64,000 nt of DNA from Thermodesulfovibrionales bacterium (GCA_963716185.1 OY970295.1:15864-79863), one strand, 5' to 3'; positions 12,272 through 23,718 are shown, counted from the stretch's first letter. Translations and numbers: made by a program. Notes: a model not told the origin generated them from the letters alone.

Positions 12272-12421
12272 CTACTCAGATACCTTATCAGCCTTACGTT
12301 TCTTGGTGGAAATCTTTTCCACATGCTTCTTTAAATGCTCCAAGGCTTTTGGATGGAACACATGCGCTATGGCTTCATCCGTAGTCATGTCCTTTGGATG
12401 TTTAACTTCTTTCTTTTTCAT
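12272..12421 (-). CDS. small basic 49-aa ORF inside IS1595 (MKKKEVKHPKDMTTDEAIAHVFHPKALEHLKKHVEKISTKKRKADKVSE)
   Basis: Open frame ATG 12421 to TAG 12272, divergent from the transposase, with a possible AAGGA RBS. Confidence 0.5.
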   Translation of the reverse strand: MKKKEVKHPKDMTTDEAIAHVFHPKALEHLKKHVEKISTKKRKADKVSE

Positions 12422-12435
12422 AATGGAGGTGTCCT

Positions 12436-13317
12436 TTGCAAGATAATCTTGTTAATTTGATTGAGCGTTATAGCGATGAAAAGAAATGTCGTGAGTACCT
12501 TGAGAAACTTCGCTGGATAGATGGTGTTAAATGCCCTCGCTGTGGTTCTGAGAAAATATCCCGGATAACAGAGAGAAATCAATTTGATTGCGATAAGTGC
12601 CGTTATCAGTTTTCCGTAACCGCTGGTTCGATCTTTCATGATTCCCATTTGCCTTTGTGGAAGTGGTTTCTTGCTGTCTATCTTATGATCGAATCCAAGA
12701 AAGGTATTTCCGCTAACCAGCTTAAAAGAAGTTTGGCTGTGAGCTATAAAACAGCTTGGTATCTTTGTCACCGTATCCGCAAGGCCATTGAAGAGGCAAC
12801 GAATAAGCCCCAACTTGACGGTGTTGTCGAAGTTGATGAAACCTATGTCGGTGGCAGATATGATCGCCGGAGAAAAAGAGGACCAAACGAAAAACAACCT
12901 GTCATCGGTCTGCTTCAGAGAGACGGAACTTTTGAAGCAAGAAAAATCAAGACCAATAGTAAGGCAATTTTGGTCGGTGTCATAAAAAACCGGGTCAATA
13001 AAGATGCTACAGTTATGACTGATGAATTCAGGGCCTATAAGTCTGTCGGCAAAACGCACAAACACGAAAGCGTTAAACATAGAGCCGAAGAGTGGGTCCG
13101 TGGCGATGTCCACACAAACGGCATAGAAAACGCATGGTCTCTTTTTAAGAGATCTCTTGTAGGTTCTTATCATAAAATTAGCAGAAAACATATGGACGCA
13201 TACCTTGATGAATTTGAGTGGAAATTCAATGGACGTGATAATCCATATCTCTTCCGGGATACGCTCATTCGGTTGCTCAATTCATCTAAATTGGAGTTTA
13301 AAGAACTCATAGCTTAA
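12436..13317 (+). CDS. IS1595-family transposase
   Basis: Zn ribbon CPRC...CDKC, HTH SYKTAW, VEVDETYVGG, TDE, VHTNGIENAWS. Confidence 0.95.
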   Translation: MQDNLVNLIERYSDEKKCREYLEKLRWIDGVKCPRCGSEKISRITERNQFDCDKCRYQFSVTAGSIFHDSHLPLWKWFLAVYLMIESKKGISANQLKRSLAVSYKTAWYLCHRIRKAIEEATNKPQLDGVVEVDETYVGGRYDRRRKRGPNEKQPVIGLLQRDGTFEARKIKTNSKAILVGVIKNRVNKDATVMTDEFRAYKSVGKTHKHESVKHRAEEWVRGDVHTNGIENAWSLFKRSLVGSYHKISRKHMDAYLDEFEWKFNGRDNPYLFRDTLIRLLNSSKLEFKELIA

Positions 13318-13318
13318 A

Positions 13319-13996
13319 TTAAGTTAATATTAAGTTCTGTTGTAAATATTCGTGCAATTTATCAATAGAATGTTGAATTTTATTGATAAATGCATCCTGT
13401 TCTATATTAGAATTTTTTACCCACGTATCTAAATCATCGCTTAAACTAACATCTTTAACATTCATTTCGGGAATTTCCAGCACTGTTTCTGTTAATAGTT
13501 TAATTTCGGGACTATCCTTAAAAAGATGGATAATCTCAGTAATAATACCTGCAAACTTTGCCTGTTCTTCATCTCTATTCCTAACCCACTGCTGTTGTTT
13601 ATCTACAGAATTATTTAATTTTTTTGCAAGCATCTCTTGAACCCATTCACGATCTTCTTTGGATCGTATTACATCCGCGCGCGCATAAAAAACATCTTTA
13701 TGAATAGAAAATCCTTCCCGATAAACATTAATGCGTCGGATTCTTTCTTCAACAAATTCCCTATAAATCTTTGCATGCTCAGCAAGAACTTTCTCATGTT
13801 CCTTTTTCCACACCTTGAAGGATGCCCAAATGACACAAACACCAAAAATAAGAACTGAATACCATAAATTAGGCATAGTCCACCAGCCTAATCTCTCGCC
13901 TATCGGGAGTATGATGCCTATAAATGCACCGCCTACCAAAATGACCCAATGTTTCCAAAGAAGCTTTGCCCAGAGGATAAAACCGTTCATATGCAT
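13319..13996 (-). CDS. passenger membrane protein of unknown function (two N-terminal TM helices plus helical domain)
   Basis: 225-aa AT-rich ORF inside the IS1595 TIRs with two hydrophobic N-terminal segments. Confidence 0.75.
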   Translation of the reverse strand: MHMNGFILWAKLLWKHWVILVGGAFIGIILPIGERLGWWTMPNLWYSVLIFGVCVIWASFKVWKKEHEKVLAEHAKIYREFVEERIRRINVYREGFSIHKDVFYARADVIRSKEDREWVQEMLAKKLNNSVDKQQQWVRNRDEEQAKFAGIITEIIHLFKDSPEIKLLTETVLEIPEMNVKDVSLSDDLDTWVKNSNIEQDAFINKIQHSIDKLHEYLQQNLILT

Positions 13997-14138
13997 TAAG
14001 ACTACCCCAAACTATTACCTGTGTCAAGTTAATAATCACCTCAGATAGTTGTTGACTTTTATTCTAATACATGTAAGCATTCCATTGAAGTTCCAGAGAA
14101 CTCGGCAAACTCAACAAACGCTTAAAGAGGAGGTATTT

Positions 14139-14909
14139 ATGGAATTTTTAACATCGTCCGTTAGTTTTCTTTTTGTATTATTCCTCGTCTTATATTTTCT
14201 TTCGAGCGCGATAAAAATCCTGAGGGAATATGAAAGGGGGGTAGTATTCAGGCTTGGAAGGGTGATACCCGTAAAAGGCCCTGGCCTTGTCATCATCTGG
14301 CCAATAATCGATAAGCTTGTTAGGGTTAGCCTCCGAATTGTCACCATGGATGTCCCTTCTCAAGACGTAATAACGAAAGACAATATTTCAGTTAAGGTGA
14401 ATGCTGTTGTTTATTTTAGGGTCATGGAACCGATAAAGGCGATCACTGAGGTAGAAGATTTTTATTTCGCTACATCACAGATCGCACAGACAACACTAAG
14501 GAGTATACTCGGTCAGAGCCAGCTCGATGAACTGCTTTCAAACAGAGAACAGGTAAATGCAGAGCTCCAGAAAGTTATTGATTTCCAGACAGCACCATGG
14601 GGAATTAAAGTCACGGCAGTAGAAGTCAAAAATGTTGACTTGCCTGTAGAAATGCAGAGGGCTATAGCAAAACAGGCAGAAGCAGAACGCGAAAGAAGGG
14701 CAAAGGTCATCCACGCAGAAGGAGAATTTCAAGCTTCCCAGAAACTTGCTGACGCAGCAAATATCATAGCGACAGCACCAAGTGCATTACAACTCAGATA
14801 TCTCCAGACCTTAGCAGAAATTGCAACAGAGAAAAACTCAACGATAATATTCCCTGTACCTATAGATTTGATAAAACCATTCTTAGAAAAGCGTGAAGCA
14901 CCAAAATAG
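14139..14909 (+). CDS. SPFH/band-7 (stomatin-like) protein
   Basis: [58 protein letters not shown] before ATG 14139. Confidence 0.93.
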   Translation: MEFLTSSVSFLFVLFLVLYFLSSAIKILREYERGVVFRLGRVIPVKGPGLVIIWPIIDKLVRVSLRIVTMDVPSQDVITKDNISVKVNAVVYFRVMEPIKAITEVEDFYFATSQIAQTTLRSILGQSQLDELLSNREQVNAELQKVIDFQTAPWGIKVTAVEVKNVDLPVEMQRAIAKQAEAERERRAKVIHAEGEFQASQKLADAANIIATAPSALQLRYLQTLAEIATEKNSTIIFPVPIDLIKPFLEKREAPK

Positions 14910-15191
14910 TTTTATCCCCTCATAGGAGAATTGTTATGGCAAAATGCAATAATAAAACCTTGGTCAAATTATTTCTGCTTTTGCCTATTATTGCAGATCA
15001 ACATTGATCATGAATATTATGTTTATTAATTCTCTATTTTTTAGAGGCTTAAGATATATAAAAGCTAAGACATTTTTTATTGATTTCCATTTGCAATTTT
15101 CGATGGCGTTTTAAAAAACACCTTATTTCCTATTTTTCTGATTTTTTCTGCCATTAAAACCCCTTGCCTTAAACAGCCAAGAACTATTATA

Positions 15192-15218
15192 TTAGCACTC
15201 ACTGACTTCGAGTGCTAA
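15192..15218 (+). promoter_or_regulatory. CIRCE element (HrcA operator)
   Basis: Perfect TTAGCACTC-N9-GAGTGCTAA upstream of groES. Confidence 0.97.
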
Positions 15219-15255
15219 CAAAATTAAAATCTTATTAAAAAAGGAGAGAAATTCT

Positions 15256-15543
15256 ATGAAGTTTAAACCGCTCAGAGACAGGGTATTTGTTAAGTTTTCT
15301 TCAGAAGAGGAGAAAACAGCAGGAGGTCTGTTTATTCCTGACAGTGCGAAAGAGAAACCACAGAGAGGTACCGTCATTGCAATAGGGCCGGGCAGAGTTA
15401 CCGAAGACGGAAAACGTCAGCCTATGGATGTTAAGATAGAGGATACGATACTTTTCGATAAGTATTCGGGATCAAAGATCAAGATGAACGACGAGGAATA
15501 CCTCATTATCCGTGAAGAAGATATTCTTGGCATTGTCGAATAA
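15256..15543 (+). CDS. groES: co-chaperonin GroES
   Basis: [32 protein letters not shown]. Confidence 0.98.
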   Translation: MKFKPLRDRVFVKFSSEEEKTAGGLFIPDSAKEKPQRGTVIAIGPGRVTEDGKRQPMDVKIEDTILFDKYSGSKIKMNDEEYLIIREEDILGIVE

Positions 15544-15584
15544 TCAAGAATGTTAACTCTAACACACAAAAGGAGGATATATTA

Positions 15585-17213
15585 ATGGCTAAGCAGTTAC
15601 TTTTTGATGAAGAAGCAAGAAGCGCTATACTGAAAGGAGTCAGCCTTCTCACAGATGCGGTGAAGGCTACGTTAGGCCCGAAAGGAAGGAATGCAATCCT
15701 TGATAAGAAATACGGTGCACCTACGATAACAAAGGACGGTGTTACCGTTGCAAAAGAAATTGAATTGAAAGATCCAGGGAAAAACATGGGCGCACAGCTT
15801 GTCAGGGAGGTTGCATCGAACACATCCGATACCGCAGGTGACGGTACAACCACAGCTACAGTTCTTGCACACGCAATTTACAGGGAAGGTATTAAGCATG
15901 TTGTTGCAGGTGCGAACACTATGGATATCAAAAAGGGAATAGAGAGGGCAGTTGAGGTAGTTGTCGAAGAGCTCAAGAAAATGAGTAAGCCCGTACAGGA
16001 CAAGAAAGAGATAGCACAGGTCGGTACAATCTCTGCAAATAACGATGCATCCATTGGTGAATTGATTGCAGAGGCCATGGACAAGGTCGGGAAAGACGGT
16101 GTTATTACCGTTGAAGAGGCAAAGAGCATGGTAACAACACTCGATGTCGTTGAAGGTATGCAATTTGACAGAGGTTACATATCACCGTACTTCATAACTG
16201 ACCCTGAAAGAATGGAATGCATCCTCGAAGATGCTTTCATTCTTATCAATGAGAAAAAGATTTCGAGCATGAAAGATCTGCTCCCGATACTGGAACAGAC
16301 TGCAAAGATGGGAAGGCCATTATGTATCATCGCAGAAGAAGTTGAGGGGGAAGCCCTCGCAACACTAGTAGTGAACAAGCTGCGCGGAACGATTCAGGTA
16401 TGTGCTGTTAAAGCACCTGGGTTTGGTGAAAGACGTAAGGAAATGCTTGAAGATTTAGCTGTACTTACCGGCGGAACCATGATATCCGAGGACCTCGGGA
16501 TCAAGCTCGAAAGCATAAAGATATCCGATCTTGGCAGGGCAAAGAAGATCAATGTAAATAAAGAAAATACGACCATCGTTGAAGGTGCCGGAGACTCAGC
16601 AAAAATTCAGGGAAGAGTAAAGCAGATAAAGACCCAGATAGAAGAGACAACTTCTGACTATGACAGAGAGAAACTCCAGGAAAGGCTTGCAAAACTTGTC
16701 GGCGGTGTTGCTGTAATCAATGTCGGTGCAGCAACCGAGACAGAAATGAAAGAGAAAAAGGCGAGAGTTGAAGACGCCCTGAACGCAACAAGGGCGGCAG
16801 TTGAGGAAGGTATTATCCCTGGTGGTGGGGTTGCACTGCTAAGATGTATTCCTGCTCTCAAATCCCTCAAACTGGAGAATGACAGACAGATAGGTGTTGA
16901 AATTATCATAAGGGCACTTGAGGAACCTATCAGACAGATAGTAAATAATGCCGGAATCGAAGGCTCAGTGGTAGTCGAAAAGGTAAAACATGCAAAGGAA
17001 GTCAACTACGGCTTTGATGCAGATAAGGAAGAGTATGTCGATATGATAAAGAGCGGTATTATTGATCCTACCAAGGTTACAAGATATGCTCTGCAGAACG
17101 CGGCATCCGTTGCAGCGTTGATGCTGACTACATCGGTAATGATTACAGATATTTCTGAGGAAAAGCCTGAACCAGCAATGCCTCCAGGAGGCGGAATGGG
17201 CGGAATGTACTAA
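15585..17213 (+). CDS. groEL: chaperonin GroEL
   Basis: [30 protein letters not shown]-terminal GGMGGMY. Confidence 0.99.
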   Translation: MAKQLLFDEEARSAILKGVSLLTDAVKATLGPKGRNAILDKKYGAPTITKDGVTVAKEIELKDPGKNMGAQLVREVASNTSDTAGDGTTTATVLAHAIYREGIKHVVAGANTMDIKKGIERAVEVVVEELKKMSKPVQDKKEIAQVGTISANNDASIGELIAEAMDKVGKDGVITVEEAKSMVTTLDVVEGMQFDRGYISPYFITDPERMECILEDAFILINEKKISSMKDLLPILEQTAKMGRPLCIIAEEVEGEALATLVVNKLRGTIQVCAVKAPGFGERRKEMLEDLAVLTGGTMISEDLGIKLESIKISDLGRAKKINVNKENTTIVEGAGDSAKIQGRVKQIKTQIEETTSDYDREKLQERLAKLVGGVAVINVGAATETEMKEKKARVEDALNATRAAVEEGIIPGGGVALLRCIPALKSLKLENDRQIGVEIIIRALEEPIRQIVNNAGIEGSVVVEKVKHAKEVNYGFDADKEEYVDMIKSGIIDPTKVTRYALQNAASVAALMLTTSVMITDISEEKPEPAMPPGGGMGGMY

Positions 17214-17226
17214 AAAATAGCAGACA

Positions 17227-18309
17227 CTAGTGTAGTGTCCCTATAACGGCTTTACAATGAGCGACCTTTTCCAATATAGCATCGACCTTTTTCGTCCAGA
17301 CGAACGGCTTTGGATTCTCATTGTTGATATGGATGAAATCTTCGATTGCCGCGACGAGTTCCGGGACGTTTCGGAAAACTCCGCGCCGAATGCGTTTCCG
17401 CGTTATTTCTCCGAACCATCTCTCCACCAAGTTCAACCACGATGAACTGGTCGGCGTGAAATGAAGGTGAAAACGCGGATGTTTTTCCAGCCACGCTTTG
17501 ACCTTGGGGTGGTTGTGGGTGCCATAGTTGTCCAAAATCATGTGGATGGCCAACTCTGCGGGCACAGCTGCGTCGATCTGTCGCAGGAACTTCCGAAATT
17601 CAATATTGCGATGTCTCTGATAGCAGGAGCCAATGACCTTACCCTCCAGCACGTTCAATGCCGCGAATAGGCATGTGGTGCCGTTGCGTTTGTAGTCATG
17701 GGTCATGGTTCGGCATCGCCCCTTTTTCATCGGCAAGCCGGGCTGCGTCCGGTCCAATGCCTGAACGTGGCTTTTCTCGTCGACGCACAGCACCACCGCC
17801 TTGTCCGGAGGATTCAGGTATACTCCAACCACATCCGTCAGTTTCTCGACAAACCGCTTGTCCTTGGACAACTTGAATGTCTCGATTCGATGGGGTTGAA
17901 GACCGTGCGCGTCCCATATCCGTTGCACCGTGGACTTCCCGACCCCCTGGGCCTTGGCCATCGAACGCACGGACCAATGCGTGGCATCGCGAGGGGTCGT
18001 GTGGAGAGTAGCCTCGATAATGGCCTTCACTCGGTCCAGTGGAAGAGCCTGAGGACTCGGGCCGTGGGGTGCGTCCTCAGCCAATCCAATCGGTCCGTGC
18101 TCCTCAAAACGTTTGCGCCATTGAATTACTGTCGGGCGGGAGGTGGACAGTTGGGCGGCGATAGCGTTATTCGACAGGCCGTCCGCCGCCAACAGGCAAA
18201 TGCGCGCCCGTAGAACCGTTCGCTGAGGGCTGGTCTTCGCCCGATTCCAAGCTTCCAATGTCGCACGCTGGTCGTTTGTCATCTTCAACGCGTTTGCCTT
18301 TTCCCACAT
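17227..18309 (-). CDS. IS630-family transposase
   Basis: LCVDEKS, ILDNYGTH, TPTSSSWLNLVERWF. Confidence 0.95.
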   Translation of the reverse strand: MWEKANALKMTNDQRATLEAWNRAKTSPQRTVLRARICLLAADGLSNNAIAAQLSTSRPTVIQWRKRFEEHGPIGLAEDAPHGPSPQALPLDRVKAIIEATLHTTPRDATHWSVRSMAKAQGVGKSTVQRIWDAHGLQPHRIETFKLSKDKRFVEKLTDVVGVYLNPPDKAVVLCVDEKSHVQALDRTQPGLPMKKGRCRTMTHDYKRNGTTCLFAALNVLEGKVIGSCYQRHRNIEFRKFLRQIDAAVPAELAIHMILDNYGTHNHPKVKAWLEKHPRFHLHFTPTSSSWLNLVERWFGEITRKRIRRGVFRNVPELVAAIEDFIHINNENPKPFVWTKKVDAILEKVAHCKAVIGTLH

Positions 18310-18365
18310 AAAAAAAGTTTACCACAATAAACCATTATTGTCAAGATATTAGTGGGACATTACAC
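17230..18365 (-). mobile_element. IS630-family insertion sequence
   Basis: TIRs GTGTA(G/A)TGTCCC, flanked by a duplicated TA within CTAG on both sides. Confidence 0.92.
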
Positions 18366-18385
18366 TAGTCAATAGCAGAAGAAAC

Positions 18386-18419
18386 GGGGTAATCCTCACT
18401 CATCTGTGAGGATTACCCC
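18386..18419 (+). terminator. stem-loop, probable groESL terminator displaced by IS630
   Basis: Perfect 14-bp stem GGGGTAATCCTCAC-6nt-GTGAGGATTACCCC; no strong U tract. Confidence 0.55.
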
Positions 18420-18648
18420 TACAAGGATATAGGGGAAAGTTTTATAAATCATAATTTACAGGAAGAAGAACGAAACCGCTACGCGGTAGATCACACACCA
18501 AGCTATACGATAATAATTCTTTCGAATTCCCTATCCCAGGGTTAATCATGTCCTCACTTTTTTGACATGGCATAATCTTTTTAGAATCTCCTTTAGTTGT
18601 ACCGCCGACATGAGCCGGCGGATCATCTGTTTCAAAGGAGATTGTGCG

Positions 18649-20079
18649 ATGGAAAAGTTAACAGATCAGATGCAAGAGGACCTTCAACTGAGGGGCATCA
18701 CCGCGAAGACGCAGAAGATCTATCTTAGGGAGGTAGAGAATTTTGTTAAGTATTTCGACAAGGCACCTGAAGACCTCGGAGAAGAGGAGTTACGAGAGTA
18801 TCTGCTCTATTTGCTGAATGACAGGAATCTATCACAAGGGACATTCAGGTTTTACGTAGCCGGCCTGAAATTCTTTTACAGAACGACCTTGAAACGCGAG
18901 GAAGTTGTAGCAAATATCCAGTATCCTAAACGCAAAAAGACACTCCCCATTGTTTTGGACCTGTCCGAAGGCACGAAGAAAGACACTCATATCACCATAG
19001 TTATGGGCGCCATAGAGGACTGCAGAACCTCTGCACTTGGGGGGCATAAAGATAAGTGTGATAACTGTGGACATATAGAGATCTCTTACAACTCCTGTCC
19101 CGAATGCCAGTTTCTAAAAAAAGAGAAATGGATCGAGGCCAGAGCTGAAGATCTCCTCCCCATACGATACTTTCATGTCGTCTTCACCATCCCGGCGGAA
19201 TTAAGGCCGCTCGTCTTAAGCAATCAGAAAGTCATGTACGATATACTCTTCCGCTCTGTCTCGGAAATGCTTGTCAAACTTGGAAACGATCCGAAGCATC
19301 TTGGCGCACGCATTGGCTTTATGGGAATACTGCACACCTGGGGACAGAATCTTATGGACCATCCCCATATCCATTGTGTGGTCCCCGGCGGTGGGCTATC
19401 CCATGACGGAAGCCGCTGGGTCTCGTCGAGAAAGAAGTTCTTCATTTCCGTAAGCGTTATGTCGGAACTTTTCAAGGAGAAGTTTCGAGCATACCTGAAA
19501 AGCAGTTACGAATCCGGCGAACTCGTCTTCCCCGGCGTTATAGGTCATCTTAGGGAGCGTCACGCTTTCGAAAAGCTCAGGGTACACCTTTATCATAAGA
19601 AGTGGGTTGTCTATTGTAAGCCTCCGTTTAACGGAGCCAAAGGGGTCTTTGAGTACCTCAGCAGATATACCCACAGAATAGCGATCAGTAATAACCGTAT
19701 TCTCAAAATCGATGGCGGCAAGGTGTCTTTTCTCTGGCGAGACTATGCCGACAACGACAGAGTTAAGACAATGACCGTTGATGCATGCGAGTTCATCAGA
19801 AGGTTCCTCCTCCACGTTTTGCCTGATAGGTTCGTAAAGATCCGCTATTACGGCCTGTTGGCAAATAGAAACCGTAAGGATCATATCACTTTGTGCCGTA
19901 AACTTCTCGGCGAAGATAAGATCGAGACAAAAGACAAAGACGCACCAGAAACGTGGCAGGAACTCTTACTCAGGGTCTCCGGTGTCGATGTTACCAAGTG
20001 TCCTCTCTGCAAGAAAGGCAGGATGGTCACAGTCGAGGTTTTGAACCCTTTAAGGTGTAATGGTCCTCCAAAATCATGA
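18649..20079 (+). mobile_element. degenerate tyrosine-recombinase/IS91-family element, with the integrase N-terminus fused in frame to a Y2 transposase
   Basis: First ~105 aa are integrase SAM-like (QEDLQLRG..KTQKIYL...KTLPIVL), followed by CRTSALGGH, HTWGQNLMDHPHIH, YLSRYTHR, FIRRFLLHVLP. Confidence 0.85.
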
Positions 20080-20329
20080 AGTTCCTTTACCTCACAAACA
20101 GTATTGCTTCAGATACATGCGAAAAACTCATAATTTATCGCACCGCTCTCCTATTGCCTAAAATCCCGTGTTTGGGCGTATCTACAATGCAATCGACGCC
20201 ATCGAGACAATCAATATGTTCCTCGGACGGGGAAAAGCGCCTTCAAGGTGCTTCCGCCATATGAAACTGCTATCTGGCAGGGTGGGCAATAAATACAGCT
20301 GGTGGTTTGAAAAACCATAGGCCGCGTAG

Positions 20330-20882
20330 CGGCATCGTCCTTCACGCTTCAATCTCCAATTGCACAACTTCTGCAAAATTGCACTACGCTCTCTCACACA
20401 ACAGAAGATTGAAGCTTAACCGGATTCCTGATGAGCTTATGTTTTGTGAAGTGCAGAAAACATGTTCTATATGTTTGTTTCCCCTTTTGGCTACGTTGAC
20501 GATAACTCTGTAACTCGTCCTCTCCGAAATATTTAGAAGTCCTAAGGCTTTCCTCAAAAAAGTTGTCGGGGTCGGTGTCTATATGTAATCATTTGCTCCG
20601 CATTTCTGGCATCTCTCGATGTCGGACAGTTTGTCTGAACAAACCATAAGTATTGAATCTCTTGAGACCTTCATCCCCCCTTACAGCTGAGCATAACTGT
20701 TCACAGGTCATGTCAGGGACATCAGGTTTAATTATTATAAGATCTGCTTGTTCCTTTCTATGAATAGTAAGTGCTTCTCTGCCAGATTCTATGTAAACAA
20801 TCTTATCGCCGCATCTGGTAAGTGCGCTCACTTTTTGCTGGACAAAATCTTTCAGAGCATCAGCAATAATTATTTTTTTCAT
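20330..20882 (-). pseudogene. REC-PilZ response regulator, frameshifted
   Basis: Receiver-like N-terminus. After a frameshift and stop, the frame reads ERTSYR (RxxxR) and QNISSSG (PilZ motifs). The 3' end is approximate. Confidence 0.6.
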
Positions 20883-21032
20883 CTGAATACTATACCAGTA
20901 ATACCCATCGGAAAACGTATAAAGAGGGAACCCCTACTCATTATAAATAGATTTCTAATTCTAATATGCAGAATTATAACAAATTTCAAGTGTGTGATTT
21001 TCAGAAAGCACATCGCACAGGATTAATCATAT

Positions 21033-21073
21033 CAATGGGGTCAAGTCTTATATTGCAAGACTTGACCCCATTG
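21033..21073. repeat. REP-like perfect palindrome
   Basis: CAATGGGGTCAAGTCTT-7nt-AAGACTTGACCCCATTG; partial second copy at 24988-25030. Confidence 0.8.
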
Positions 21074-21161
21074 TATTCTGTTGAATTTGCGACACACCCG
21101 TACATAAAGCCGCGACATAAGCCAAGTCGCTGTTCACTGATTTGTTCTACTGTCGATCATT

Positions 21162-21488
21162 TCACAGCCCCTCAATTAGCTTGTAATACTCCTTGAGAGT
21201 GCGGATGGATTCCATCGTGGTTTGGAATAAGATCCAACTGAGAACAAGGATTCCTATTGTGAGTCCGATCTTCCAAGCACGCGTCGTATTAGGACGCCAC
21301 CAGATTAACGGCAACGCCAGAGGTCCCACACTGCAGACTGCGATGATAATGAAAGATTTTCGGAAATACCATTTAATAGTGTCTTCTCCATGGTGTGGGC
21401 GGGAGGCTGCATCGAGAAACTCGCCGCAGTGTTTACACTTTATTGCGGCGTCTTGAATCTCTTCAGCACAGTACGGACATGTTTTCAT
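21162..21488 (-). CDS. zinc-ribbon membrane protein, gene-cassette-like
   Basis: CPYCAEEIQDAAIKCKHCGE plus two TM segments; GTTAGCC just upstream. Confidence 0.8.
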   Translation of the reverse strand: MKTCPYCAEEIQDAAIKCKHCGEFLDAASRPHHGEDTIKWYFRKSFIIIAVCSVGPLALPLIWWRPNTTRAWKIGLTIGILVLSWILFQTTMESIRTLKEYYKLIEGL

Positions 21489-21770
21489 TCTATCAATTTC
21501 CTTGGGCTAACGCCTAAATTTCTGCTTCAAATATACACTCTTAAGGATGTTTTGTGAACCCTCTGTCTCAGGAAGTACTTCTCTCATTTGCGTGGGCAAC
21601 AATTACAGTTTAATTTCCTCGCTAAACAGAATTCGATTACCGTTATTACTGACGATTGAGGTGCAACAAAACACTTACACCTTATTTCTATTCACAAAAG
21701 TAATCGGTAGTCTCGTCCAGTATATAACAGGTGTACAGTACAAGGAAGGTATAAAGTGTAAGCGTATATG

Positions 21771-22205
21771 TTATTTCACTATTGGGTAACCAGCTTCTTT
21801 CCACGCCTTCAGACCACCAATCATATTTACCGCTTTTTTATATCCGAGGTCATTCAACGATTTAGTTGCCAACGGGCTTCTCAGGTCAAGTCCACAATAG
21901 ACGATAATCTTCTTGTTTTTATCAGGTACAATTAAATGAACTTTAAAATCCAAACTTCCACGAGATATGTTGATCGCCCCTGGAATATACCCAGTTTCAT
22001 ATTCTTCTCTATCTCTCACATCAAGTAATATTATTTCTTCCCTATTATCAATCATTTTTTTAACTTCATCAATGGGCACCTCATTTATTGCAGCTTTTGC
22101 CTCTTGTACGACCTGTTCTGGAGTTTTATCGACAGCATGTACAATAGATGCAGAGTAAAGTACAAAAAAAGTAATTACTAAAAAGATGCTTATTTTTATT
22201 TTCAT
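21771..22205 (-). CDS. exported rhodanese-like protein
   Basis: Signal peptide; LLDVRDREEYETGYIPGA, VYCGLDLRS, GGLKAW. Confidence 0.9.
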   Translation of the reverse strand: MKIKISIFLVITFFVLYSASIVHAVDKTPEQVVQEAKAAINEVPIDEVKKMIDNREEIILLDVRDREEYETGYIPGAINISRGSLDFKVHLIVPDKNKKIIVYCGLDLRSPLATKSLNDLGYKKAVNMIGGLKAWKEAGYPIVK

Positions 22206-22366
22206 ATTACATCCTTCCACTTTTTTACAGTTTCAAACATATAGTATCTATTATTATAGCTTGACACACTATTATTGTACGAGACTATTTAAATGATCTC
22301 TATCAGAACAAATGGCGCAAAACAGGATGGTGGAAATCGGATCTAAACAGCCGGAATTAGCATAAA

Positions 22367-23605
22367 TTATTCGCTCCTAATACCACCCAGCATCTTAATA
22401 AATGTTGCCAAGAGATCGTGATCATAGTTTCCTGTTTCACTTTTTATAATTGATAGTGCGTCGAAAGGTGTATATGCAGGGCTGTAAGGACGTTGTGTTG
22501 TCAAGGCATCGTAACAATCTACGATAGCACTTATTCTGCCAGGCTGTTTTACTGCGGCCCCTGACAGATGGAGAGGATATCCTTTACCTGTCAGCTTTTC
22601 ATGGTGTTGTAAAACCGGTATCAGGGAATCTTCATGAATATTTCTATGCCTCCTTAGGATATTTTCACCTTCACGGACATGGGTTTTAATTATCTCGAAC
22701 TCTTCATCGGTCAGTTTTCCGGGCTTATTCAATATCTCCGGAGGGATCATGCTTTTCCCGATATCATGTAACATTGCACCGATCCCGAGATTCTCTATGT
22801 CGTTCCTTTTCATATCTGCGGTAATCCCCAACCCGATTGACAAAACAGCCACGTTCACAGAATGCGTATATGTATAATAGTCATAATTTCTGAGTGAGAG
22901 CATATCATACATGGCACGCTTTTGTTTCATTATGCATTCGATGATATCATTGACAAGAGCTATCGATTCTTTTATCTTTTTGCCGCTCCTCGGGTTGTCG
23001 AACAAATCTCTCATTACTATCTTTGAATTCTCCTTAATGACAATTGCCTTTATTGTCATCTCTTCCGACAAATTCCCTGCCGACAAAGAATCCAAATAAG
23101 CATTATAACGATAGATATCGGCTCTCTTGATAAGGATATCGCCCGTCGTGTTCACTAAATTTTTACCTATTTTTGAAGGTGAAGCATCTGAGGCCTCTAA
23201 GAGCATATAAATATTTGACCCGTCAATACCAAACAGACTGAAGTTAATATCCATATCCTGTATAAGAAGGTTTCTATCTATTTGATGGTAATGTTCCTTA
23301 TAGCACAGATAATCTTCAAATGTCATAAGATTAAACAGGGGGGGTTTTTGAGACCTCACTCTTGAAAGATAGTCATCTAAGATGTCCCTGTCTTTTTTTA
23401 GGCTATACACTTCGGAGATACCACTTCTTTTCAGATAATCCCTCGTAATATTAGTAAAAATGGTGCCCTTATTAAACAGGTATTTGATGAAATTGATATC
23501 CTTGGCGTAGATATCGAAAGGCAGGATATCCCCCGTCAAAAGTTTATCAACATCTATGGGTATATATTCTCTGATAGATAACTCTGTGAACTTTGTACTT
23601 ATCAT
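22367..23605 (-). CDS. HD-GYP domain phosphodiesterase
   Basis: YTYTHSVNV, LHDIGK, HHEKLTGKGYP, DCYDALTTQRPY. Confidence 0.92.
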   Translation of the reverse strand: MISTKFTELSIREYIPIDVDKLLTGDILPFDIYAKDINFIKYLFNKGTIFTNITRDYLKRSGISEVYSLKKDRDILDDYLSRVRSQKPPLFNLMTFEDYLCYKEHYHQIDRNLLIQDMDINFSLFGIDGSNIYMLLEASDASPSKIGKNLVNTTGDILIKRADIYRYNAYLDSLSAGNLSEEMTIKAIVIKENSKIVMRDLFDNPRSGKKIKESIALVNDIIECIMKQKRAMYDMLSLRNYDYYTYTHSVNVAVLSIGLGITADMKRNDIENLGIGAMLHDIGKSMIPPEILNKPGKLTDEEFEIIKTHVREGENILRRHRNIHEDSLIPVLQHHEKLTGKGYPLHLSGAAVKQPGRISAIVDCYDALTTQRPYSPAYTPFDALSIIKSETGNYDHDLLATFIKMLGGIRSE

Positions 23606-23718
23606 GGCCCCTATATATTATCCCTTATACCTCAGGCATCTCTGACAGCCCTTCTTCTTAAATAACTGAAAAGCTTATGCCATACCAGTTTCTTTATTTT
23701 GATTTTAATCTCATGCCC

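Larger units (their letters stand above)
12218..14040 (+). mobile_element. IS1595-family element with passenger ORFs (transporter IS)
   Basis: 21-bp TIRs GGTGATTAT(AT/TA)ACTTGACACA; 8-bp TSD TCAGATAG at 12210-12217 and 14041-14048. Confidence 0.93.
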
